Source: Delftia acidovorans NBRC 14950
GTDB lineage: Bacteria > Pseudomonadota > Gammaproteobacteria > Burkholderiales > Burkholderiaceae_C
Direction of reading: 5' to 3'
Assembly: GCF_001598795.1 (NCBI RefSeq)
Contig: NZ_BCZP01000032.1
Span: 15,567 to 47,566, forward strand
Length of the DNA stretch: 32,000 nucleotides
Each line of letters starts with the position of its first letter. The stretch's first letter is position 1. Of this stretch, positions 7,032-16,175 are shown one piece after another. Position numbers and translations under genes: made by a program. The notes beneath the pieces were generated by a model. The model did no database searches and was not told the origin of the DNA. It saw only the letters and a list, made by a program, of their open reading frames with translations.

Positions 7032-8456
7032 ATGACTGCACTGCTTGAACGCCTGCGCCAGATCGTCGGCGAAGCCCATGTCCTCACCGAGGGCGACCTC
7101 GTGGCCTATGAACAGGACTGGCGCCGCCGCGTGCGCGGCAAGTCCCTGGCCGTGGTACGCCCGGCCAGCACGGCCGAGGTGGCCGCCGTGGTGCGCGAAT
7201 GCGCGGCCGCGGGCACCAGCATCATTCCCCAGGGCGGAAACACCGGCCTGTCGGTGGGCTCCACGCCGGACGACAGCGGCACGCAGGTGGTGCTCAGCCT
7301 CACGCGCATGAATGCCGTGCGCAACATCGACCGCGACAACCTGAGCTTCACCGTCGAGGCAGGCTGCATCCTGCAAAGCCTGCAGGAGCTTGCCGAGAAA
7401 GAGGGCCTGCTGTTCCCGCTGTCGCTGGCCGCCGAAGGCAGCTGCACCATTGGCGGCAACCTGGGAACGAACGCGGGCGGCACCCAGGTGGTGCGCTACG
7501 GCAACACGCGCGAGCTGTGCCTGGGCCTGGAAGTGGTCACCCCGCAGGGCGAGATCTGGGACGGCCTCAAGGGCCTGCGCAAGGACAACACCGGCTACGA
7601 CCTGCGCGACCTGTTCATCGGCAGCGAAGGCACGCTGGGCATCATCACCGCCGCCACCATGAAGCTGTTCCCCCAGCCTGCGGCCCAGCTCACGGCCTTC
7701 GCCGCCGTGCCCTCCATGGAAGCGGCCGTGCGCCTGCTGGGCATGGCGCACCAGTACCTGGGCGCGGGCCTGACGGGCTTCGAGGTCATGGGCCAGTTCG
7801 CGCTGTCCCTGGTGATCAAGCACATGCCCCAGCTGCGCGTGCCCTTTGCGGGCCTGGACGGCGCGCCGCCCTATTACGTGCTGGTCGAGAACTCGGACAG
7901 CGAGTCCGAGCAGCATGCGCGCGAGCGTTTCGAGGCGCTGCTGGAGCTGGCCTTCGAGGACGGCTGCGTGCTTGACGCCGTGGTGGCCGAAAGCCTGTCG
8001 CAGGCCCATGAGCTGTGGCACATCCGCGAAAGCATTCCGCTGGCCCAGGCCGAGGAGGGCCTGAACATCAAGCACGACATCTCCATTGCGGCATCGCGCA
8101 TTCCCGCCTTCGTCGAACACACCGATGCCGTGCTGCAGCGCGAGATCCCGGGTGTGCGCCTGGTCAACTTCGGGCACCTGGGCGACGGCAACCTGCACTA
8201 CAACGTGCAGGCGCCCGAGGGCGGCGACGCCAAGGCCTTCCTCAATGAGCGCGAGCACCTGGTCAACCACCTGGTCTACGAGGCCGTGGCCGAATTCGGC
8301 GGCTCGTTCTCTGCCGAGCACGGCGTGGGCGCGCTCAAGGTGGACAAGCTGGAAAAGTACCAGTCGCCCGTGGCCCTGGGCATGATGCGCGCCATCAAGC
8401 AGGCATTGGATCCTCAAGGCCTGATGAATCCCGGCTGCATCCTGGCGCGCGCCTGA
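7032..8456 (+). CDS. FAD-binding oxidoreductase, D-2-hydroxyglutarate dehydrogenase / GlcD-like
   Basis: Track ORF trimmed to MTALLERLRQIVG.... It has FAD-linked oxidase motifs PQGGNTGLSVGS, GSCTIGGNLGTNAGG and LRKDNTGYDLRDLFIGSEGTLGIIT, and a C-terminal EHGVG. It closely resembles the D2HGDH family. Confidence 0.9.
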   Translation: MTALLERLRQIVGEAHVLTEGDLVAYEQDWRRRVRGKSLAVVRPASTAEVAAVVRECAAAGTSIIPQGGNTGLSVGSTPDDSGTQVVLSLTRMNAVRNIDRDNLSFTVEAGCILQSLQELAEKEGLLFPLSLAAEGSCTIGGNLGTNAGGTQVVRYGNTRELCLGLEVVTPQGEIWDGLKGLRKDNTGYDLRDLFIGSEGTLGIITAATMKLFPQPAAQLTAFAAVPSMEAAVRLLGMAHQYLGAGLTGFEVMGQFALSLVIKHMPQLRVPFAGLDGAPPYYVLVENSDSESEQHARERFEALLELAFEDGCVLDAVVAESLSQAHELWHIRESIPLAQAEEGLNIKHDISIAASRIPAFVEHTDAVLQREIPGVRLVNFGHLGDGNLHYNVQAPEGGDAKAFLNEREHLVNHLVYEAVAEFGGSFSAEHGVGALKVDKLEKYQSPVALGMMRAIKQALDPQGLMNPGCILARA

Positions 8457-8477
8457 TCGGGCAGCGCCGGCTTTTCA

Positions 8478-8513
8478 GGAACGGGCAGGGCTGCAGCGCG
8501 GCGCTGCCCGTTC
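8478..8513 (+). terminator. GC-rich hairpin downstream of the FAD oxidase gene; possible intrinsic terminator
   Basis: GGAACGGGCAG (8478-8488) pairs with CTGCCCGTTC (8504-8513), followed by TTCTTGCATT. The T-run is weak. Confidence 0.35.
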
Positions 8514-8532
8514 TTGCATTCAAACGCCGTCA

Positions 8533-8572
8533 GGTGCGGCCAAACTCGGCCAAACTCGGCCCGGTGCGGCCA
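8533..8572. repeat. short tandem/direct repeats: CGGCCAAACT x2 nested between two copies of GGTGCGGCCA
   Basis: CGGCCAAACT occurs at 8538-8547 and 8548-8557. GGTGCGGCCA occurs at 8533-8542 and 8563-8572. The repeats lie in the convergent intergenic region. Confidence 0.6.
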
Positions 8573-8580
8573 GGCGCAGA

Positions 8581-9165
8581 TCAGGAAGCGGGCTTGTTGC
8601 TCTCGACCACGGCAAAGGATTTCTGCACCTGGCTGGGCCAGGCGATGTCGGCACCGGCCGCGTCGGAGAAGTCGGTCTGCTTGCCATCGGTCAGCAGCCA
8701 CACGCGCAGTGCGTTGCGCGCGGGATCGATCACGATGGCTCCCATCTCCTCGCCGCCCTGGTGGGGGCGCAGGCCGACGATGCTCCACACATCGCCTTCC
8801 TTGGTCAGCGGGCCCACGGTGCGCATATTGCTCAGCAGGGTAGGGTAGCTGGTGCCCAGCAGCGCCTTGAGCCGCTCGGCCAGCACGCCTTGCTCCAGGT
8901 AGTTGGTGCCGTCATAGGGGTACTTGCCCAGGTACTCGGCCAGGCTGTCCAGGCCGGGCTCCCCCGCCTTGGCGGTGGACGGCAGGCGCGTGCGCTCGGG
9001 AAAGTTCAGCGTCAATGCGGGCGCGGGCGCGGCCACATCGAGTGCCACGGACTGCACGGCCTTGGGAGTGGGAACGGTGGGAGAGCGCGGATCACAGGCT
9101 GTCAGCGCCAGCATGGCGGCACCCAGTGCGATTCCGGCCTGCCAGGGGGAGAGCATGGAAGACAT
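8581..9165 (-). CDS. hypothetical lipoprotein
   Basis: Track ORF 8581..9228, trimmed to [24 protein letters not shown], which is a signal peptide with lipobox LTAC. AAGGAG lies 7 nt upstream of ATG 9165. I recognise no family. Confidence 0.65.
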   Translation of the reverse strand: MSSMLSPWQAGIALGAAMLALTACDPRSPTVPTPKAVQSVALDVAAPAPALTLNFPERTRLPSTAKAGEPGLDSLAEYLGKYPYDGTNYLEQGVLAERLKALLGTSYPTLLSNMRTVGPLTKEGDVWSIVGLRPHQGGEEMGAIVIDPARNALRVWLLTDGKQTDFSDAAGADIAWPSQVQKSFAVVESNKPAS

Positions 9166-9340
9166 GCGCAAGCTCCTTGTCAAAGCGGATGCGAAAAAAC
9201 CATGGCGCCGGTGTGAAAGCCCAGGCAAGACACCGGCGCCCGTCGGCAGTCATTTTCGCACCGGGGGTTGCAAACCTTGTTTCGAGGGGCATGGATACCG
9301 TCGGACAAGGCGCCGTATTCATCAAGGGATAATCCCCGCC

Positions 9341-10165
9341 ATGAACATGACTGCCGCGCCCCGCCCTGCCCGCTCACAGTACGAAGATTTCATGCGCCAT
9401 GTCTACGAACATGGCGTGTCCAAGACCGACCGTACCGGAACGGGTACGCGCAGCGTGTTCGGGCACCAGATGCGCTTCGATCTGTCCGAAGGCTTTCCGC
9501 TGGTCACCACCAAGAAGGTGCACCTCAAATCCATCATCCTGGAACTGCTGTGGTTCCTGCGCGGCGACAGCAACGTGCGCTGGCTGCAGGAGCGCGGCTG
9601 CACCATCTGGAACGAATGGGCACGCGAGGACGGCGACCTGGGCCCGGTCTACGGCGTGCAATGGCGCAGCTGGCCCACGCCGGACGGCGGCCACATCGAC
9701 CAGATCGCCGAAGTGGTCAAGCAGCTCAAGAGCAACCCGGACAGCCGCCGCATCATCGTCAGCGCCTGGAACGTGGCCGACCTGCCGCAGATGGCGCTCA
9801 TGCCCTGCCACGCCTTCTTCCAGTTCTATGTGGCCGACGGCAAGCTCAGTTGCCAGCTGTACCAGCGCAGCGCGGACATCTTCCTGGGTGTTCCCTTCAA
9901 CATCGCCAGCTACGCATTGCTGACCCACATGCTGGCCCAGCAATGCGACCTGCAGGTGGGCGACTTCATCTGGACCGGCGGCGACTGCCATATCTACAAC
10001 AACCACTTCACCCAGGTCGAGACCCAGCTGGCCCGCCAGCCCTTCGCCTACCCGACGCTGCAGATCAAGCGCCGGCCCGACTCCATCTTCGGCTACGAGT
10101 ACGAGGATTTCGAGGTCGTCGGCTACCAGCACCACGAGCCCATCAAGGCCCCCGTGGCCGTCTGA
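9341..10165 (+). CDS. thyA: thymidylate synthase
   Basis: [48 protein letters not shown]...[14 protein letters not shown]...[21 protein letters not shown]...[11 protein letters not shown]. These are canonical ThyA motifs, including the catalytic PCH. Confidence 0.97.
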   Translation: MNMTAAPRPARSQYEDFMRHVYEHGVSKTDRTGTGTRSVFGHQMRFDLSEGFPLVTTKKVHLKSIILELLWFLRGDSNVRWLQERGCTIWNEWAREDGDLGPVYGVQWRSWPTPDGGHIDQIAEVVKQLKSNPDSRRIIVSAWNVADLPQMALMPCHAFFQFYVADGKLSCQLYQRSADIFLGVPFNIASYALLTHMLAQQCDLQVGDFIWTGGDCHIYNNHFTQVETQLARQPFAYPTLQIKRRPDSIFGYEYEDFEVVGYQHHEPIKAPVAV

Positions 10166-10186
10166 GGCTGCAGAAAGACCCGTCCG

Positions 10187-10687
10187 ATGGCCATCCATCT
10201 CATCTACGCACGCGCCGCCAACGGCGTCATCGGCAAGGACAATGCCATGCCCTGGCACCTGCCCGAGGACCTGGCGCACTTCAAGCAATTGACCCAGGGC
10301 TCGGCCGTGGTCATGGGCCGCAAGACCTGGGACTCGCTGCCGGCCCGCTTCAGGCCGCTGCCCGGGCGCACCAACATCGTCGTCACGCGACAGGCGGACT
10401 GGGCGCCCGAGCCGGCCGCCCCCGGCGTGCTGCATGCCACCAGCCTGGAGCAGGCCATGGCGCTGGGCCTCCAGGCATCGGCCGACGTCTGGGTCATGGG
10501 CGGTGCCCAGATCTACGCCCAGGCCCTGCCGCTGGCCGACAGCATCGAGGTGACCGAGATAGAGCGCGACTACGAAGGCGATGCCTTCGCCCCCACGCTC
10601 GGCCCCGAGTGGCAGGAAGCGTCACGCAGCCGCCATGTGGCCGCCAACGGGCTGCCCTACAGCTTTGTGCGCCTGCAACGACGCTGA
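10187..10687 (+). CDS. folA: dihydrofolate reductase
   Basis: MAIHLIYARAANGVIGKDNAMPWHLPEDLAHFKQLTQGSAVVMGRKTWDSLP...PLPGRTNIVVTR. It lies 21 nt downstream of thyA. Confidence 0.95.
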   Translation: MAIHLIYARAANGVIGKDNAMPWHLPEDLAHFKQLTQGSAVVMGRKTWDSLPARFRPLPGRTNIVVTRQADWAPEPAAPGVLHATSLEQAMALGLQASADVWVMGGAQIYAQALPLADSIEVTEIERDYEGDAFAPTLGPEWQEASRSRHVAANGLPYSFVRLQRR

Positions 10688-10782
10688 CATACCCCTGTCG
10701 CACACGGGGCTGGCGGGCGCGGCGGGTCTGTGCAAATAATGTCGTTTTTCCACGCCTTCGCCGTCTTTCGCGCCTCTTCGCC

Positions 10783-11865
10783 ATGAGCCTCGTCCAGCCC
10801 TTGCCCCCCGGTCCGCTCGACATCGTCGGCGACATCCATGGAGAGTCCGAGGCGCTGGACCAGCTGCTGGGGCACCTGGGCTACGACGCGCTGGGCCGCC
10901 ATCCCCAGGGTCGGCGCCTGGTCTTCGTCGGCGACTTCTGCGACCGGGGGCCCGACAGCCCGGGCGTGCTCGCCCGCGTCGTGCCCATGCTGGAGTCGGG
11001 CCATGCGCTGGCCGTGCTCGGCAACCATGAAATCAACCTGCTGCGCGAGGATGCCAAGGACGGCTCCGGCTGGTTCTTCGACAGCCGCGTGGCCTCCGAT
11101 ACGCCCAAGTACGCGCCGTTCGCGCGCATGCCGCTGTGCGATATCCCTGACACCCTGGCCCTGCTGGAACGCCTGCCCATTGCCATGGAGCGCGAGGACC
11201 TGCGCGTGGTCCATGCGGCCTGGCGCCCGCAGCAGATCGCCATGGCGCGCGAGCTGCCGCTGGGCAGCGCACGCAGCGCCTATGACCACTACGAGGCCCT
11301 GGCCGCCCAGCAGGCCCAGGTCAACAAGGTGGCCGAGCGCATGCGTGCCGAACGCCAGCAATGGCCGCATGACCTGGAAGACCGCAACTGGCTGCCGCCC
11401 TTCCTGCCCGCGCACAGCGAGAGCGAACTGGCCAAGGCCATGGTCAATCCGCTGAAGGTGCTGACCTCGGGCGTGGAGCGCGAATGCCGCAATCCCTTCT
11501 ACGCGGGCGGCAAGTGGCGCTTCGTCGAGCGCGTGGCCTGGTGGAACGAATACGAGGATGCCCAGGCCGTGGTCGTGGGCCACTACTGGCGGCGCCTGAA
11601 CCGGGGCGGCCCGTCCTTCCACGGCGCGCAGGCCGAGAACCTGTTCGGCCAGACCGGTCCGCTGTCCTGGCACGGCCGGCGCGGCAATGTGTTCTGCGTG
11701 GACTACTCGGTCGGCGGCCGCTGGAACGCCCGCCTGGCCGGCGAGGACCCGCAGCAGCGCTTCAAGCTCGCCGCCATGCGCTGGCCAGAGCGCCGCCTGG
11801 TGTTCGACGACGGTGCCCAGGCGGACAGCGAGGAGTTTGGCGTTACGGCGGCCGCTGCCGCATAA
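10783..11865 (+). CDS. PPP-family metallophosphoesterase (ApaH/PrpA-like Ser/Thr phosphatase fold) with a C-terminal extension
   Basis: Track ORF 9268..11865, trimmed to MSLVQPLPPGPLDIVGDIHGESEAL...VFVGDFCDRGPDS...VLGNHEINLL, giving the GDxHG / GDxxDRG / GNHE motifs. The upstream part of the ORF overlaps thyA and folA in another frame. Confidence 0.85.
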   Translation: MSLVQPLPPGPLDIVGDIHGESEALDQLLGHLGYDALGRHPQGRRLVFVGDFCDRGPDSPGVLARVVPMLESGHALAVLGNHEINLLREDAKDGSGWFFDSRVASDTPKYAPFARMPLCDIPDTLALLERLPIAMEREDLRVVHAAWRPQQIAMARELPLGSARSAYDHYEALAAQQAQVNKVAERMRAERQQWPHDLEDRNWLPPFLPAHSESELAKAMVNPLKVLTSGVERECRNPFYAGGKWRFVERVAWWNEYEDAQAVVVGHYWRRLNRGGPSFHGAQAENLFGQTGPLSWHGRRGNVFCVDYSVGGRWNARLAGEDPQQRFKLAAMRWPERRLVFDDGAQADSEEFGVTAAAAA

Positions 11866-11871
11866 CACGCG

Positions 11872-14361
11872 CTAGATCCGCGGCGCGTAGCGCAGCGTCA
11901 GCAACAGCGACCTGGGCGCACCGTAGTAGTTGTTGCCCGACACCGTGTTGTAAGAAGGCACGTAGTAGCGCTTGTCCAGCAGGTTGCTGACGTTGAGCGC
12001 CACGCTCAGCTCGGGCGAGACCTGGTAGGCCACGCGTGCATTCCACAGCGCAAAGCCTGCCAGGCGGAAGGCGCGGTCGGAGCTGAGGGTGTCGGTCTGC
12101 GCATTCACGCCCGTGCCCACCGTCCAGCGGCCCAGCTCGCCCGGCAGGCGGTAGCTGCCCCACAGGCGCAGCATGTGCCGGGGCGTCCAGGTGTTGAAGA
12201 TCTGGCCCTGGTAGTCGGGGTCGGACAGGTAGCGCGTGGTGTTGTAGGTGTAGCCGGCCGCCAGTTCCAGGCCTGTGGCGACCTTGCCGGAGACCTCGGC
12301 CTCCAGGCCCTGGCTGCGCACCTTGCCCGAGGAGCGCGAGCAGTACCAGTCATCGCATGCAAAGCCGCTGTCGTAGTCGTTGACGGCGCGGTTTTTGTGC
12401 TCGTAGCGGAACACGGCCAATGCCATGTTCAGGCGGCCGTCGGCCATCTCGCCCTTGATGCCGGCCTCGTAGTTGCGGCCCTGCACCGGCTTGATGAGGT
12501 CGCCCTGCACGGTGCGCGCGGTCTGCGGCTCGAAGACGGTGGAGTAGCTGCTGTACAGCGACCAGGTGTCGTTGAGCGCATAGACGGCACCCGCGTAGGG
12601 GATGAAACGCCCCGTGGTCTTGCTGGTGGAAGAATCGCCCGATTGCGCGCGGTAGGCGAAGTCATTCCAGCCCAGGCGCCCCCCGGCGATCAGCGTGAAC
12701 GCCTGCGTGGGCCTGACACGCCAGGTGCCGTACAGGCCCTTTTGCGTGATGTCGTAGTTGCTGCGCACATCCGCGCCACGCGCGGCGATGCTTTCCATGT
12801 CCTGCCAGGGGCGGTTGTGGTCTATATCGAAGATGTTGCCGCCCGCGGTCCAGGCGCGCACGAAGCGGTCGCTGGTGGTGTAGCCAGCGTAGTTGGCGCC
12901 CAGCAGCACTTCCTGCTCCATGCCCAGCGCCTTGAAACGGCCCGACAGCGACATGTCCAGGCCGCGCTGCTGGTTGTTGAAGTCCACGCCGAAATCGCCG
13001 TAGCTCATGCCACTGCCATCGGGCTTGATAGGGCCCACGGCGCGCTGGTGCACGTTGGTGTTCTTCTCGTTCATGGCCATGCCCACCATCTTGAAGCGCC
13101 AGTCCGCATTGAAGCGGTGTTCCAGGTCGGCGAACAGCATGTTCTGGTCATTGCCTGCGCGGTTCCACATGGCGCCTGTGTAGGTGGAGCGCGGCAGGCC
13201 GATGTCGCTGCCGTCGGCAAAGCGCGGCAGGCCCACGATCATGGGGCGCGAGCGGCTGTGGCGCTGCCCCACGGCCAGGCCCACCGTGGTGCTGGCGCTG
13301 ATGTCGTAGTCCAGCGCCGCGTAGATGTTGCGCGTGCGGTCGCGCGTGTATTCGGTGAACCCGTGGCTGTAGTCCCCGTCCAGCACCACGCGGCCGCGCA
13401 GCGTGCCTTCGGCATTGAGCGGCGTGCTGGCATCCATCTGCAGGCCGTAGTGGTCATGGGAGCCGAGCTTGCCAGTGAAGACCACGGAGCGCTCGCGGCC
13501 CGGGCGCTTGCGCACCAGGTTGATCGCGCCGCCGGGGCTGCCCGCACCCTGCAGCAGGCCGGCCGCGCCGCGCAGGATTTCCACGCGGTCATAGAACACC
13601 AGCGACTCCTGCTCCCAGTTGCCCAGGCTGTAGGTATTGCGCGTGAACGGCAGGCCGTCGTACTGCAGCGAGTCCACCGCAAAGCCGCGCGCATTGATGG
13701 CCAGGCCTGCGCCCACGCCCTGCACAGCCACCATGCCGGTGGCGTTGTGGATGGCGTCGGGCAGGCTGGTCATGCCCTGGTCGTCCATGCGCTGGCGCGT
13801 GAGCACGCTGACCGATTGCGGAATGTCCTTGAGCGCCTGCGCGGTCTTGCCCAGCGTGACCGTGCCACTGGTGTAGGAGTCCGAGCCTTCGGTGACGCCG
13901 TCACGGATGCGCGTGTCGGTCACCATGACGGCCGGCAGGCCCGCCTCTGCCCCAGCGGCGGCCTGGCCGCGCGATGTGCGCACCTCGGGCAAGGGGCGCA
14001 GCGCATAGCCGCCATTGGGCTGCGCATGGGCGGCCAGCCCCGTGCCGGCCAGCAGCGCATCCAGGGCCGCAGGCGCTGCATGGTTTCCACTCAGGCCCGC
14101 GCTGCGCCTGCCCGTGATGTCGGCCGCCGTGTACGACAGCATGACGCGGCTTTCCTGGGCGAAGCGGGCCAGCGCGCCCTCCAGCGGGCCTGCCGGTATG
14201 GCGTAGCTGCGCACTTCGGAGGGTGACTGGGCCTGGGCCTGCGCGGTTTGCGGCGCAAGGGCTGCGCTGACGGCGCACAGCGCCAGCGTGGTGCTGGCAG
14301 CCAGTGCCAGCGAATGGCGCCGGAAGGCCGGTGCCGCAGTGTGAGCAAGTCGTTGGACCAT
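11872..14361 (-). CDS. TonB-dependent siderophore receptor with an N-terminal STN signalling domain (FecA/FpvA type)
   Basis: 829 aa. Signal peptide ...ALAPQTAQAQA. STN-like region YAIPAGPLEGALARFAQESRVMLSYTAADITGRRSAGLSGNHAAPAALDALLAGTGL. Plug motifs VSVLTRQRMDDQG and RGF. C-terminal ...LLLTLRYAPRI. Immediately downstream of fecR/fecI-like genes. Confidence 0.92.
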   Translation of the reverse strand: MVQRLAHTAAPAFRRHSLALAASTTLALCAVSAALAPQTAQAQAQSPSEVRSYAIPAGPLEGALARFAQESRVMLSYTAADITGRRSAGLSGNHAAPAALDALLAGTGLAAHAQPNGGYALRPLPEVRTSRGQAAAGAEAGLPAVMVTDTRIRDGVTEGSDSYTSGTVTLGKTAQALKDIPQSVSVLTRQRMDDQGMTSLPDAIHNATGMVAVQGVGAGLAINARGFAVDSLQYDGLPFTRNTYSLGNWEQESLVFYDRVEILRGAAGLLQGAGSPGGAINLVRKRPGRERSVVFTGKLGSHDHYGLQMDASTPLNAEGTLRGRVVLDGDYSHGFTEYTRDRTRNIYAALDYDISASTTVGLAVGQRHSRSRPMIVGLPRFADGSDIGLPRSTYTGAMWNRAGNDQNMLFADLEHRFNADWRFKMVGMAMNEKNTNVHQRAVGPIKPDGSGMSYGDFGVDFNNQQRGLDMSLSGRFKALGMEQEVLLGANYAGYTTSDRFVRAWTAGGNIFDIDHNRPWQDMESIAARGADVRSNYDITQKGLYGTWRVRPTQAFTLIAGGRLGWNDFAYRAQSGDSSTSKTTGRFIPYAGAVYALNDTWSLYSSYSTVFEPQTARTVQGDLIKPVQGRNYEAGIKGEMADGRLNMALAVFRYEHKNRAVNDYDSGFACDDWYCSRSSGKVRSQGLEAEVSGKVATGLELAAGYTYNTTRYLSDPDYQGQIFNTWTPRHMLRLWGSYRLPGELGRWTVGTGVNAQTDTLSSDRAFRLAGFALWNARVAYQVSPELSVALNVSNLLDKRYYVPSYNTVSGNNYYGAPRSLLLTLRYAPRI

Positions 14362-14494
14362 GAAATATCTCTTCCCTGAAAAGTGGCTTCTTCAGGACTT
14401 GCCACGCGAGAAAAGAAAACACCTCATGCCAACGGGTCCAGGCATCAGTCAAATTGCAACAATTCGCAACAACAACCATCCGACCTGTCTTGGC

Positions 14495-15502
14495 TCATGT
14501 CCGGTTCTGCCGGGCGCGCACGGTCAGCCAGTAGCGGCCAAAGCCGGTGAGCTCGATGGGCTGGGTGCGCACCAGCATGTCGAGCACGCGGTCGGTCTCG
14601 TCCAGCGGATACATGCCCGAGACGCGCAGCGAGGCGAGCGCGGGATCGCAGGCCAGGCGGCCCCTGCGGTGGCGCGCCAGCTCGGCAATGAAGTCGGTCA
14701 GCGGCATGTCCCGCGCGGCCAGCAGGCCTGTGCTCCAGGCGGCGGCCAGTTCGTCGGCGGGCTGGGGCGCGTCCACGGCAAGGCGGTCAAAGCCGGCCTG
14801 CTCGCCCGCGGCCAGAATGCGCACGGCCTGCGGGGCGTCGGCCGGCCGCACCTCGACCGCGCCCTCATAGACGGCCACATGGCTGGCGCCATCGCGCTGG
14901 CGCACCGCAAAGCGCGTGCCCAGCGCACGCAGCCGCCCTTGCGCGGTTTCAACCAGAAAGGGGCGGGCCTGCGGGTCGCTGGCCGTGGTGACCAGCACCT
15001 CGCCGCCCAGTAGCCGCAGCAGGCGCTGGCTGGCGTCAAAGCGCACGTCGATGGCGCTGGCCGTGTTCAGGTGGATGCGCGTGCCATCGGCCAGGGTCAG
15101 TGCCTGGCGCTCGCCGGTGGCCGTGCGGTGGTCGGCCGACCATTCGCGCCAATCGCCGCGTTGTAGCCACCAGGCGCTGCTGCCCGTGAACGCGGCCAGG
15201 GCCAGCAGCTTCATGGCCTGGCGCCGGCCGCGCGCACGGCTGCGGCGCGGCTGCAGCGCCCCATGCGCCAGCGGTGCGGGCAGATCGCGCAGGTGCAGGC
15301 CGCAGGCCTCGATGTGCCGCCAGGCGCGCTCATGGTCGGGATGATCGGCACGCCAGCGCCGCCACGAGGCCTGCGTGTCCTCGCCGGCATCGCAGGCCTG
15401 CAGGGCCACCAGCCATTGCACGGCCTGCAGGCTCACGGCTTCTGAAACGGGTGGGCCTTCAAAAACGGGCAGGCCGGTGGATGCGTGGCGGAATTCGGTC
15501 AT
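14495..15502 (-). CDS. FecR-family transmembrane anti-sigma / sigma regulator (module 1)
   Basis: 335 aa. N-terminal AVQWLVALQ...WRRWRADHPDHERAWRHIE, a central TM segment (LLALAAFTGSSAWWL) and a FecR periplasmic domain (LADGTRIHLNTASAIDVRF...). Confidence 0.9.
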   Translation of the reverse strand: MTEFRHASTGLPVFEGPPVSEAVSLQAVQWLVALQACDAGEDTQASWRRWRADHPDHERAWRHIEACGLHLRDLPAPLAHGALQPRRSRARGRRQAMKLLALAAFTGSSAWWLQRGDWREWSADHRTATGERQALTLADGTRIHLNTASAIDVRFDASQRLLRLLGGEVLVTTASDPQARPFLVETAQGRLRALGTRFAVRQRDGASHVAVYEGAVEVRPADAPQAVRILAAGEQAGFDRLAVDAPQPADELAAAWSTGLLAARDMPLTDFIAELARHRRGRLACDPALASLRVSGMYPLDETDRVLDMLVRTQPIELTGFGRYWLTVRARQNRT

Positions 15503-15512
15503 GGGCTGGCGC

Positions 15513-16040
15513 TCAGCCGCCGAAGAAGCAGCAGTGCGCGGCCTTGGCGATATGGCGCTGCACGGTGGCCAGCGACAGCTGCAGCTCGGCCGCGATGTCG
15601 GCCTGCTTCATGCCGTCGAGCTGCGACAGCAGGAAGGCACGGCGCACGGGCAGCGCCAGCGTGTCCAGGCGGCGGTCCAGCTCGACCAGCGTCTCCAGCA
15701 GGATGGCGCGCGTCTCGGGGCCCGACACCTGCGGCTCGGGCAAATGCGCCAGCGTGGCCAGGTACGCCTCTTCGATTTGCCTGCGCCGCATGAAATTGGC
15801 CACCACGCCCTGCGCCACCGTGGTCAGAAAGGCACGCGGCTCGCGTGCGGCAATGGGCTCGCCGCGCGTGAGCAGGCGCATGAAAGTGTCCTGCGCCAGA
15901 TCGGCGGCCTCCGTGGAATTGCCCAATCGCCGCCGCAGCCAGCCCTGGAGCCAGCCATGGTGGACGCGGTACAGCGTATCGACCTCTTGGTGCAAAGCGG
16001 CGGGGGCGGCGGGCAAGACAGGCTCCTGGTGCGGCAGCAC
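15513..16040 (-). CDS. ECF sigma-70 factor, FecI-like (module 1)
   Basis: Region 2 (LYRVHHGWLQGWLRRRLGNSTEAADLAQDTFMRLL) and region 4 HTH (FLLSQLDGMKQADIAAELQLSLATVQRHIAKA). The track start is GTG 16040. TTG 16016, preceded by AGGAG, is an alternative start. Confidence 0.88.
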   Translation of the reverse strand: MLPHQEPVLPAAPAALHQEVDTLYRVHHGWLQGWLRRRLGNSTEAADLAQDTFMRLLTRGEPIAAREPRAFLTTVAQGVVANFMRRRQIEEAYLATLAHLPEPQVSGPETRAILLETLVELDRRLDTLALPVRRAFLLSQLDGMKQADIAAELQLSLATVQRHIAKAAHCCFFGG

Positions 16041-16059
16041 GTGCAGGCGTGCGCCACAT

Positions 16060-16080
16060 GAATGAGAAAGATTCTCATTC
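16060..16080. promoter_or_regulatory. Fur-box-like palindrome upstream of the module-1 ECF sigma gene
   Basis: GAATGAGAAAGATTCTCATTC, i.e. inverted repeat GAATGAGAA-N3-TTCTCATTC. It fits the 7-1-7 Fur dyad TGATAAT-n-ATTATCA as TGAGAAA-G-ATTCTCA. It overlaps a TAGAAT -10-like hexamer on the minus strand (16082-16077). Confidence 0.6.
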
Positions 16081-16175
16081 TATAAGGATTAGGCCTTGAT
16101 GCCCTCCCCTTCGCAAACCGGCGCGCTCCAGAACCAGAGACACCGAGGAAGAGCCGCCTCGCACCGAGAGTGTCG

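Noticed and set aside
9268-10782. Long 5' extension of the phosphoesterase ORF (865 aa in total); likewise 8924..9340 for thyA and 28333..29043 for the DUF1445 ORF
   Set aside because: These extensions run through thyA/folA, the lipoprotein gene and the LysR gene in other frames or strands, and encode Arg/Pro-rich junk. Internal ATGs with conserved N-termini (and recognisable SD-like sequences for the DUF1445 gene) give family-typical lengths.
10688-10782. Hairpin CCCCTG...CACGGGG after folA as an intrinsic terminator
   Set aside because: The stem is imperfect with a bulge and has no T-run. The downstream phosphoesterase gene may simply be co-transcribed.
12175-14226. 683-aa plus-strand ORF. 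Similar cases: 16478..18904 (+, 808 aa), 19107..20234 (+), 5109..6593 (+), 6999..8417 (-), 10657..11868 (-), 28343..29368 (-), 29419..30423 (+), 30182..31633 (-)
   Set aside because: All are antisense to genes with strong family signatures (TBDRs, FecR, YihY, FAD oxidase, phosphoesterase, LysR, Bug/PdxA). All have the same A/G/R/H/V-rich composition and no motifs, start contexts or SD sequences.
14431-14457. Possible iron-starvation ECF promoter AATTT-N16-CGT (PvdS-type TAAAT-N16-CGT) upstream of receptor 1, and GTAAAC near 19075 upstream of receptor 2
   Set aside because: These are only partial matches to consensus sequences I recall for Pseudomonas sigmas. The two modules do not share them, and the spacing in module 2 does not fit. 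Too weak to call without TSS data.
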